From Theionarchaea archaeon (lineage in GTDB: Archaea; Methanobacteriota_B; Thermococci; Methanofastidiosales; SZ-28-30): a DNA stretch of 13,970 nucleotides. The stretch is taken from contig JACVGT010000020.1 in NCBI GenBank assembly GCA_018992685.1, positions 1 through 13,970 of the forward strand, given 5' to 3'. Below the pieces are notes generated by a model, which was not told the origin of the DNA, ran no database searches, and saw nothing but the letters and a program-made list of their open reading frames with translations. Made by a program: the position numbers and the translations under genes. This document shows, one piece after another, positions 1-7,188 of this stretch; position 1 is the first letter of the stretch, and every line of letters starts with the position of its first letter.

Positions 1-453
1 GGGTCGAGAGTTCAATACAGGGACAATATCTGTGGAATTGGTCCCACAGTCTATCACCAGACCATCCTCAAACAGGTTCAAGTAGGACGTCAAATAGCAG
101 GTGGCGACCCAGTTCCTGCAGGCTACGTTCAAGTAGTGCTCTCTGGCTTCTGAAGCTGTGTACAGACGAGAAGAAAGACCCAGGTATCGCACCCTGTCGC
201 CAAACAACCGTTCAGTCACATCAATAATGTAATGGGTCCCCTCCCTTGCAGAAGAAAATAATTGACGACTGATACACAATGTCTGGGTGACGACAACAAA
301 ATCAGGAGAGCCAATGGAGAAAATGAGAGTTTCAATCATTTTTCCCTCACTGAGAAAGGGGATGGACATGGATTTTACATCCAGCCGGGTTTCTGTGAAG
401 TTCAGTTGTGTGAGCTTGACATTTGCTCCTCCAATGTCGACACCAGCAATCAC
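1..453 (-). CDS. Hydantoinase/oxoprolinase-family (ASKHA fold) protein, divergent MfnF-like (H4MPT/methanofuran-linked C1 pathway family); partial, runs off the left edge
   Basis: Manual translation from GTG at 453 is open to position 1: MIAGVDIGGANVKL...VVVTQTLCISRQLFSSAREGTHYIID...VACRNWVATC...LVIDCGTNSTDIVPVLNSRP. The motif order matches MfnF-family GxDIGGANxK / EGxxxI / NWxAT / DxGxTxTDIxP. An in-frame TAA at 478-480 limits the start. Confidence 0.8.
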   Translation of the reverse strand, partial: MIAGVDIGGANVKLTQLNFTETRLDVKSMSIPFLSEGKMIETLIFSIGSPDFVVVTQTLCISRQLFSSAREGTHYIIDVTERLFGDRVRYLGLSSRLYTASEAREHYLNVACRNWVATCYLTSYLNLFEDGLVIDCGTNSTDIVPVLNSRP

Positions 454-475
454 ACATGAGTTTGAAGGATGAAGC

Positions 476-485
476 TTTTAAATAT
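476..485 (-). promoter_or_regulatory. Putative archaeal TATA box for the MfnF-like gene (probably leaderless mRNA)
   Basis: ATATTTAAAA on the - strand about 25 nt upstream of GTG 453; no obvious SD. Confidence 0.45.
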
Positions 486-703
486 GACTGAGGCGGAAGA
501 TCTGCCACTACGATATCGTGAGGTAAGACAAAATCTGGAGCCTCATAGTGCGGAGAAGACATGGGATTTTCGCCTCGGTGCTTCTTCCACCCGAAATGCC
601 AAAAAAAGTGTTCATCCTATCCTTTGTGGAGTACACCCGAATACTGGCAGTGAAGATAAAAGACATGAGAATGAGGGCGCCTGGTTTCTGTATGGCTTTG
701 AGT

Positions 704-717
704 CGAAAACCTTATAT
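704..717 (+). promoter_or_regulatory. Putative BRE+TATA promoter of the radical SAM operon
   Basis: CGAAAACCTTATAT about 60 nt upstream of GTG 776; closely resembles CGAAAACTATATA at 8328-8340. Confidence 0.55.
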
Positions 718-775
718 GATCTCTGATTCTCATTGCATAGAAGAGAAGGAATCAAGAGATGTCGAGGAGGTGTCC

Positions 776-2071
776 GTGAAGTCATCATATTACAACCTGT
801 TCTTTCCTCATGACGGGAAATTCATATTGTTCAATGCGTTGAGAGGGCCCATCTTCGTGGTTGATTCTGAAATCAAGCGCATCCTTGAGAAAAACGAGAT
901 ATCGTTCTTAGATGAGGAGCTTATTCATACGTTCGCAGACAATGACATAATCGTTGAAGATGAATTGAATGAGCAGGATGTGTACCGACTCCTCTTCGAA
1001 CGTTCGAAATACAGTACCGTTTCAACAACTGTGGAGGTTGTCACGACATATGCCTGTAATCTGGCGTGCACGTACTGTTATGAAGGAAAGGGTGAGCTCG
1101 AAAGCAAGAAGATGGATGAAAGGACAGTAGAATGTGCTTTAGAATTCATAAAAGGACTGGTGAGCGGCAATAACAGTACGGAGCTGAAAGTAACACTGTT
1201 CGGTGGTGAGCCGTTGCTGAACATGCCAGCGAATGTACTGCTTGCGGAGGAATTATGCCGATGGTGTGAGGAAAATAGTAGAGACTTTTTCATCAATGCA
1301 GTGACCAATGGAACACTCCTTGCTGAGGAGACCGTTGAAGACTTGGCTCAATACAACTGTGGCTTTCTGGTGGTCCTAGACGGCCCCCGAAAAATCCACG
1401 ATCAACGAAGAATGTACAAGAATGGAGAAGGAACCTTTGACGATATCTGTGAGGGGTTACATCGTGTTACTGATCATGGGTTAAGAATCAATATTCGGAT
1501 AAACTTGGATCAAACAAACAGAGACCACATTGTGTCTTTCTTCGAATTCTTGAAGCAAGAAGGCCTCACTGATATATCACTTAATATTACACCAGTTTTC
1601 AAGACGTCCCCTGCGTGTTCATCGTACAGCTATTGCATGACAGACATGGAGGGAGCTCTTGCTGCAACAGATCTCTACAATGTGGCCCGATCTATGAATA
1701 TTACGGTGGGGAGAAAGGACAGACCTTCGTGTCAAGGTGCGTGCAGAGCCCAAAAATACTCGAACTTCATCATAGATCCTTTTCTTAGGCTATTCAAGTG
1801 TAATATCCAGCTGCCCTTTTCGAAAAATGCAGTGGGCAGAATCAATCCGGAGAATTCAGAGCCGGAATTCAACCAGCTCTACTTTGATTTAATGCTACGA
1901 GATCCTTTTTCAGTTCAGGAATGTAGAATCTGCAGGCTTCTCCCCCTGTGTCGGGGAGGCTGCCTTGCCAAGGAATTTGAGAACATGGGTTCTGCCCGCG
2001 AGAAGATGTGCAGAAAACAACCGGTCTATGAAACACTGCAGGAGGATCTCAGAGCCTTCGTCAAAAAGTGA
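776..2071 (+). CDS. Radical SAM/SPASM-domain protein 1 (peptide maturase-like, N-terminal RRE-like extension), 431 aa
   Basis: CNLACTYC (Cx3Cx2C), FGGEPLL, TNGTL, LDG; SPASM C-x18-C...Cx2Cx5Cx3C-x15-C. Start reassigned from 548 to GTG 776 (SD GGAGGTG at 766-772; N-terminus MKSSYYN parallels MKESVYN of the paralog). Confidence 0.92.
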   Translation: MKSSYYNLFFPHDGKFILFNALRGPIFVVDSEIKRILEKNEISFLDEELIHTFADNDIIVEDELNEQDVYRLLFERSKYSTVSTTVEVVTTYACNLACTYCYEGKGELESKKMDERTVECALEFIKGLVSGNNSTELKVTLFGGEPLLNMPANVLLAEELCRWCEENSRDFFINAVTNGTLLAEETVEDLAQYNCGFLVVLDGPRKIHDQRRMYKNGEGTFDDICEGLHRVTDHGLRINIRINLDQTNRDHIVSFFEFLKQEGLTDISLNITPVFKTSPACSSYSYCMTDMEGALAATDLYNVARSMNITVGRKDRPSCQGACRAQKYSNFIIDPFLRLFKCNIQLPFSKNAVGRINPENSEPEFNQLYFDLMLRDPFSVQECRICRLLPLCRGGCLAKEFENMGSAREKMCRKQPVYETLQEDLRAFVKK

Positions 2072-2084
2072 GGAAGGTGATGAT

Positions 2085-2138
2085 ATGGCCAGCCCCAAAG
2101 GCGCCGTATCCTCTCCAGCAATGAAGGTGACTCTATGA
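2085..2138 (+). CDS. Candidate small peptide, 17 aa (MASPKGAVSSPAMKVTL); possible RiPP precursor or translational-coupling peptide
   Basis: Preceded by GAAGGTGA + 4 nt + ATG, the same SD and spacing as the rSAM2 start; its TGA overlaps the rSAM2 ATG (ATGA, 2135-2138). Confidence 0.4.
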   Translation: MASPKGAVSSPAMKVTL

Positions 2139-3463
2139 AAGAATCCGTATACAACGTGTATCTTCTGGATAAAGAAGGAGCGGATTGTCTGGTGTACAAT
2201 GTCCTGCACAGATCATTACTCCGTATTGACAATGAAGTCTTTCAGCTGATGAGATTGAGAAGAATTGACTGCATTGATGATGGAGTTCTGAAGGTACTCA
2301 AGAATGAAGGAATTGTCGTTGACGATGGTCTCAATGAATCTGACATGTTGAAGATCAGATTCAACAGAGCCAAGTACAGTGCAACCTCTCGAGGATTCAC
2401 CATCATTCCAACTCATGCCTGTAATCTGGCATGTAAGTACTGCTATCAGGGGCACGGTGACGTGCTGAGTGCCACGATGAATACAAAGACTGTGGAGCGG
2501 ACCATTGAATTCATCAAGAAGAATGTGACAGGATGTAAGAATCTGGACGTGAATTTCTACGGGGGGGAGCCCTTACTAGTTCCAGACATTGTGTTCAGGG
2601 TGGTGGAGGAGTTGCAGCATTTTGCAGATGAATCAGGTATTCATTTCTCAGCCTCCTTCACTTCCAATGGTACTCTTTTCACAGAAAGCATAATCGCAAG
2701 ACTCAAAGACTACAACTGCAGGGTGCAGATCACGTTCTGCGGTCCGAGGGAGGTGCATGATAGTATACGCGTTGATAAGCGAGGAAACGGCACATATGAC
2801 AAACTCATCAGTGTTCTCACACTGTTCAAAAAGCATGATATGGCGTTCCACATACGTGTGGATGTTGATCAAGATAATCTCGCAACAATCGATTCGCTGC
2901 TGAGAGACTTGAATGAAAAGGGATTCGGAGGCCTCTACATTGCATTTTGCTCTATAAGTAAGGATATTTGCTATACTGAACCTGACTGGGATTTAGAAGA
3001 AGTGAATGTGAAAGAACTGGCTCTTCTGTGTAAGAAGGCCCAGGATATGGGATTCACGACATTCCCAGTATATATACATAATTTCGTTGAAAAGTGCAGC
3101 GCCCTACCGGACAGGTATTTTGCCATTGATCCCAAGGGAGACATATACAAATGTATTGCGGCTTCGGGGTATCCTGAACACAGACTTGGGACGTTGAACG
3201 AGAAGGGTGAAATTGTGGATATGGACTATGAGGCCTACTGCACATGGACACTGAGAGATCCGCTTTTGATAAAAGAGTGCGCAGCATGCAAGTTCGCACC
3301 TCTCTGTGGCGGCGGATGTTCTCTGGTGGCATACCAGAAATATGGTTCAATAAATGCAGCAGGATGCAAAGAAAAGGAGCTGGGAGAAATTGTACTCACT
3401 GTTGTCAAGCTCAGATACCCGGAATTATTTGAGGGGCATCACTACGAAATCGTTGAACTCTAA
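2135..3463 (+). CDS. Radical SAM/SPASM-domain protein 2 (peptide maturase-like, N-terminal RRE-like extension), 442 aa
   Basis: CNLACKYC, YGGEPLL, SNGTL; SPASM CSALPDRYFAIDPKGDIYKC...CAACKFAPLCGGGC-x15-C; SD GAAGGTGA 4 nt before ATG. Confidence 0.93.
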   Translation: MKESVYNVYLLDKEGADCLVYNVLHRSLLRIDNEVFQLMRLRRIDCIDDGVLKVLKNEGIVVDDGLNESDMLKIRFNRAKYSATSRGFTIIPTHACNLACKYCYQGHGDVLSATMNTKTVERTIEFIKKNVTGCKNLDVNFYGGEPLLVPDIVFRVVEELQHFADESGIHFSASFTSNGTLFTESIIARLKDYNCRVQITFCGPREVHDSIRVDKRGNGTYDKLISVLTLFKKHDMAFHIRVDVDQDNLATIDSLLRDLNEKGFGGLYIAFCSISKDICYTEPDWDLEEVNVKELALLCKKAQDMGFTTFPVYIHNFVEKCSALPDRYFAIDPKGDIYKCIAASGYPEHRLGTLNEKGEIVDMDYEAYCTWTLRDPLLIKECAACKFAPLCGGGCSLVAYQKYGSINAAGCKEKELGEIVLTVVKLRYPELFEGHHYEIVEL

Positions 3464-3689
3464 AATTGTTTTTCATAGGGGGATCCTGCCGAGAATCCGG
3501 GAACAATGTGTGACCAGGAAATTACCTCATCAGCAATGTGGCCCTCCCGTAGTCTTCATGATGATCCTGGGCTTTCTGTTCTGAATCTGAAGTCGTTCCC
3601 AGTAGAGTGAGAGGTAGCAAATGATAGAGTTCAACCAGCACCTTTATGGGCAGGACGTGCGAATGGTACCTGGAGATGTGGTGAGAATA

Positions 3690-4361
3690 ATGACGACGTC
3701 CCCACAAGAAATCAGCAGAGTGACACGATCAAAGGAAGAAGCCCGCAGAAGTTATGACAGAATGAGCACATGGTATGATTTCCTGGCAGGCTCTGAGAGA
3801 AGGCATACACATGAAGGCTTGCAGAAACTCAACGTGAGAGACGGTGAGACGGTCCTGGAGGTTGGATTTGGCACAGGTGAAAGTATTGTTTCACTGGCTC
3901 ATTCAGTGGGTTCTTCAGGTGCAGTCTATGGGATTGACATATCCTCGGGAATGTTCTATGCTGCCATAGAAAGAGTACGAAGGGCAGGGCTCCAGGATAG
4001 CGTGGGGCTGATCTTGGGTGATGGTGCACACCTTCCTTTCAAGACGCATATCTTTGATGCTGTATTCATGAGCTTCACGTTAGAACTCTTCGATACTCCA
4101 GAGATTCAGGTTGTGCTTACTGAGTGCAGGAGAGTTCTCGTGGAAGGTGGTCGTATTGGTGTGGTGGCAATGTCCAAAAGGGGAAGGCAGGGTATCATGG
4201 TAGACCTGTACGAGTGGGCGCACAGGACTTTTCCTCAGTACGTGGACTGTCGGCCCATTTATGTTCGAAATGCACTGGAAGAGGGTCAGTTTCATATTGT
4301 TGATGATACAGCTATGTCCATGTGGGGATTGCCTGTGGAGATCGTTGTGGCACAGACCTGA
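3690..4361 (+). CDS. Class I SAM-dependent methyltransferase (UbiE/COQ5-like)
   Basis: Motif I VLEVGFGTG, YGIDIS, GDGAHLPF, FDAVF, ECRRVLVEGG. Start ATG 3690 preferred (GGTGA at 3680-3684); the alternative ATG 3621 has GAGGT upstream. Confidence 0.88.
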   Translation: MTTSPQEISRVTRSKEEARRSYDRMSTWYDFLAGSERRHTHEGLQKLNVRDGETVLEVGFGTGESIVSLAHSVGSSGAVYGIDISSGMFYAAIERVRRAGLQDSVGLILGDGAHLPFKTHIFDAVFMSFTLELFDTPEIQVVLTECRRVLVEGGRIGVVAMSKRGRQGIMVDLYEWAHRTFPQYVDCRPIYVRNALEEGQFHIVDDTAMSMWGLPVEIVVAQT

Positions 4362-4426
4362 TCATCAAGAGAGCCACGTTCACTCACAATTACTCATAAA
4401 TGCTCACTTACAGGATTACTGAGTAA

Positions 4427-4450
4427 GAACCTACAGGTTCCTTTTTCTTC
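4427..4450 (+). terminator. Possible terminator after the methyltransferase
   Basis: Short hairpin GAACC-TACA-GGTTC followed by the pyrimidine run CTTTTTCTTC. Confidence 0.35.
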
Positions 4451-4578
4451 ACGTTGATTGGTCTTATTTATCCACCGAGTTTCAAATATGATATTTAGAC
4501 ACGATCACAGCACAGTCGATGAAACCCTTCGTGACGTGGCGGAGAATACTCTATAAACTGGTGCGTTGAAGGTCACTC

Positions 4579-5319
4579 ATGAGGCATGAAGGTGATGAAA
4601 GCAACAGATATTCCACAAAAGAGACCCGCTGTAGACGAGCCTGTAAATATGTGATATTTGACCTGGATGATACACTGTGCGACTATAAGAAGGCAAAATC
4701 AAATGCGATTACTCATCTGAACAAGGTCTTAAAGGGCAAAGGGATAGATTCACAGCGATTCTGGGAGGATTACGAGAATCTTGAACCTATTCTGTGGCGT
4801 CAGTTCCTGGACAAGGAAGTTACCAAGGAAGAATATCGAACTCGCCGCTTTGCTGAACCTCTCAGCCATGTGTCTGATGTCCCGAAGGAACTGGCATGCG
4901 AGCTAAATCAGATTTACATGGAAGATGCCAACCATGTCATTACCCTCTTCGACGACGTCATCCCACTTTTTGCATTTCTGAAGGAGAGAGGTATTGTCCC
5001 TGTCATTTCTACATCTGGACCTTCAGATGGTCAGAGAGGCAAGATTTCAGCACTTTCTCTTGAGAAGGCCACCCGGCATATCTATATCAGTGACGAAATT
5101 GGCGTGGCAAAGCCTTCTCCACGTGCGTTTGAGATAATTCTGCAGGATTTACATGCACATCCAGATGAGGTGGTCATGGTGGGGGATTCGCTTGAAGATG
5201 ATATTGAAGGAGCCGAAAAAGCGGGGATAAGAGCAATCCTCCTTGATCGGGAGCAGAAATACCCAAGATATACTGGTGAGAAGATAGAGAATCTCCAGGA
5301 ACTGGTGGTTCTCCTTTGA
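4579..5319 (+). CDS. HAD-superfamily hydrolase, subfamily IA (YjjG-like nucleotidase/phosphatase)
   Basis: Motif I IFDLDDTL, motif II STSG, motif III KP (GVAKPSP), motif IV VGDSLEDDIEGA; GAAGGTCA upstream of the ATG. Confidence 0.9.
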   Translation: MRHEGDESNRYSTKETRCRRACKYVIFDLDDTLCDYKKAKSNAITHLNKVLKGKGIDSQRFWEDYENLEPILWRQFLDKEVTKEEYRTRRFAEPLSHVSDVPKELACELNQIYMEDANHVITLFDDVIPLFAFLKERGIVPVISTSGPSDGQRGKISALSLEKATRHIYISDEIGVAKPSPRAFEIILQDLHAHPDEVVMVGDSLEDDIEGAEKAGIRAILLDREQKYPRYTGEKIENLQELVVLL

Positions 5320-5479
5320 TTAGATTTTGTGATATGTGATTCCGTTTCATGATCTGGCATGTCAGTGCTTTCGGGGAGAAACGGGGCATATAAGACGTGC
5401 AACAGATCGCCAGCAGATAGCTATGTCATTCTCATCCCAAGAGAATCAAGGAGACCACAAGAAAGTGCCTTGGTAACAG

Positions 5480-5563
5480 TGCGGAGGAAGGGATTTGAAC
5501 CCTCGGATCCCTACGGAACAAGGCCCTCAACCTTGCGCCTTTTCCAAGCTCGGCAACCTCCGC
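5480..5563 (-). tRNA. tRNA-Leu (anticodon GAG), no intron, CCA not encoded
   Basis: Reverse complement GCGGAGGTTGCCGAGCTTGGAAAAGGCGCAAGGTTGAGGGCCTTGTTCCGTAGGGATCCGAGGGTTCAAATCCCTTCCTCCGCA. Acceptor stem GCGGAGG/CCTCCGC, anticodon stem CAAGG/CCTTG with loop TTGAGGG, long variable arm, T-loop TTCAAAT, discriminator A. Confidence 0.96.
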
Positions 5564-5585
5564 TTTCACAGTCCTTTTCTGCCAA

Positions 5586-5600
5586 ATATAAAAAGCTTTC
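5586..5600 (-). promoter_or_regulatory. BRE+TATA promoter of tRNA-Leu
   Basis: GAAAGCTTTTTATAT on the - strand about 25 nt upstream of the tRNA 5' end. Confidence 0.6.
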
Positions 5601-5840
5601 TGTAACCCGATTCACATAGTATCTGTACACACGGTGAGCTGTCAGTATACAGAACCAATCCTCAGTCAATGGAATGGAGCAGGACCCCTATTCACTCCCC
5701 ATTCCACGTTCTATCACTCCAACTGAAGGAATTTGACTCTCACTACATTCACCACGTCCAACCCTACCAATCCAGCGTGTCTTGGAATCCCCCCATCTGA
5801 GTCCTTCTCCACAAATCAGCCCACAACCTTCACAGTAATC

Positions 5841-5874
5841 TTTTTAAACATTTCACGCTATAAACAGAGGGTGA
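5841..5874 (+). promoter_or_regulatory. Putative TATA box and SD for the 5879-8228 operon
   Basis: TTTTTAAA at 5841-5848; GAGGGTGA at 5867-5874, 4 nt before ATG 5879. Confidence 0.45.
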
Positions 5875-5878
5875 TTTC

Positions 5879-6400
5879 ATGACCACTATTAGGCAAGAAA
5901 TAACAAGCTTTCTGGATGGCCTGGTTATCGGGTTTCTCATAGCATCCATTCTCCTGTTCCTGTTGCTGTACGCCGATTTCGTACCCGCCTACTCGTATCT
6001 GCTAGCCCTTCTTGTTGGAGGATGTGTTGCAGGTCTTATAGCGAGAGGCCTGTGGAAAGGAGGAGTTTCAGCCTTTTTCTCAGGATTCTTTGCACTATTC
6101 CTCTTTCAAGTAACGAGGGAATTCCTTTCTCTTGAATACGAGTTCTCCCTGTACCAAATCATGGTTGGGTTTGTGGCTGTCATTGTCGGAGGATGTGTCG
6201 GAGGATTTCTTACCCGACCCACTGTCATTGTCCTTGCTCAGCAAAAAGGAGAACCCCAGAAAGTGTATGTATGTCCCCAGTGTTCGGCAGAGATCCCCCT
6301 GAAAACCAAGTACTGTCCTGAGTGTGGAGCACGGCTTCAGAAAGTACCTCTAACAGAGAAAATACAGAAGATCACCAGGACAGGAGGGGAAGAGTCGTGA
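5879..6400 (+). CDS. Membrane protein (about 4 TM helices) with C-terminal zinc ribbon
   Basis: Four Gly-rich hydrophobic segments followed by CPQC-x10-CPEC; good SD. Confidence 0.85.
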   Translation: MTTIRQEITSFLDGLVIGFLIASILLFLLLYADFVPAYSYLLALLVGGCVAGLIARGLWKGGVSAFFSGFFALFLFQVTREFLSLEYEFSLYQIMVGFVAVIVGGCVGGFLTRPTVIVLAQQKGEPQKVYVCPQCSAEIPLKTKYCPECGARLQKVPLTEKIQKITRTGGEES

Positions 6401-7188
6401 ACAGAAAGCTCCTGGCTACCCTTGGTGTTATTCTCATTTTCATCATTTCCTTTATTTATATTACAGCATCAGGGATATCACAACTGTCCAATGAGACAAT
6501 CCTTTTTCTCTTTCTGGATGAAACCAGGGGAGATCAAGGCACAGTAGAAGTAGCCAGCATTGCTCTCTTCAAAGATGCCCATCTACAGGGAAGTCTCATC
6601 AAGGTTAGCCCTCTCTCGTCTACAGAGGCCCTCAAGTCTCAGGGGGTTTACTTGTCTGACACCTTGGTCAAATCTTCCAGCCTGGCAGAAGGGTTACAGA
6701 ATGCCCAGGACATCGTTGAGACGACAGCTCAGATGAAGGTGGACAGAGTGGTACTCATTAATGCCGTCGCTCTGAAATCTGTGATAGATGCAGTCCATCC
6801 CATTCCTGTGGACATCTACGTGACCCCTCAGGTGCTTGACCGGCGATTCAGTTTTCCCATCAACACCTCCGTGACAGGACAACAGGCAGAACAATGCATC
6901 CGGGGTCAGTTCTATCCCGGGGTTACTGATGAAACCCTCCTATCCATGCCTGAAGACTATCTATGGGAAGTAAAGGCTGACATCATCAACAGTGTCACCC
7001 AGACACTCTTTGACTTCTCTGCCTATACCCCTGAAGAACAGAAGAGTCTGGCCCACGTCTCAGTGGAGCAATTCAGGTCTGATCTCATTTACGTGCACCA
7101 CAGGAACACCGTTCTCACCCTGGTGTACCATCTCCCAGAATCTGTGGCCAAGTACATTGTGAACTTCGCAGTGAGACGAATTGCATGA
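6397..7188 (+). CDS. Membrane-anchored hypothetical protein, remotely LCP (LytR-CpsA-Psr)/DUF4012-like, 263 aa
   Basis: Start reassigned to GTG 6397 (GTGA overlap with the upstream stop, SD GGAGGGG). N-terminal signal/anchor NRKLLATLGVILIFIISFIYI. VDRVVLINAVALKSVIDAVHPIPV and VTGQQAEQCIRG resemble LCP segments. The CDS itself is confident; the family call is tentative. Confidence 0.65.
   Translation: MNRKLLATLGVILIFIISFIYITASGISQLSNETILFLFLDETRGDQGTVEVASIALFKDAHLQGSLIKVSPLSSTEALKSQGVYLSDTLVKSSSLAEGLQNAQDIVETTAQMKVDRVVLINAVALKSVIDAVHPIPVDIYVTPQVLDRRFSFPINTSVTGQQAEQCIRGQFYPGVTDETLLSMPEDYLWEVKADIINSVTQTLFDFSAYTPEEQKSLAHVSVEQFRSDLIYVHHRNTVLTLVYHLPESVAKYIVNFAVRRIA

Noticed and set aside
262-726. 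Short ORFs 262-459, 287-472, 347-562 and 469-726 as precursor peptides
   Set aside because: They overlap the MfnF-like gene or the promoter region, and lack SD sites and motifs
548-775. 76-aa N-terminal extension of rSAM1 given by the ORF track
   Set aside because: It contains the putative BRE/TATA and SD; the paralog starts at the equivalent of GTG 776
1243-1252. TGCGGAGGAA matching the tRNA-Leu 3' end as an att site
   Set aside because: A 10-bp match inside an intact coding region; consistent with chance
2069-2134. Read-through or selenocysteine fusion of the two in-frame rSAM genes
   Set aside because: Three in-frame TGA codons (2069, 2078, 2081), and rSAM2 has its own strong SD
3506-3610. 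34-aa ORF MCDQEITSSAMWPSRSLHDDPGLSVLNLKSFPVE after rSAM2 as a precursor peptide
   Set aside because: No recognisable SD and no repeated or precursor-like motif; kept only as a fallback candidate
5359-5619. 86-aa + strand ORF
   Set aside because: Antisense shadow of the tRNA-Leu gene
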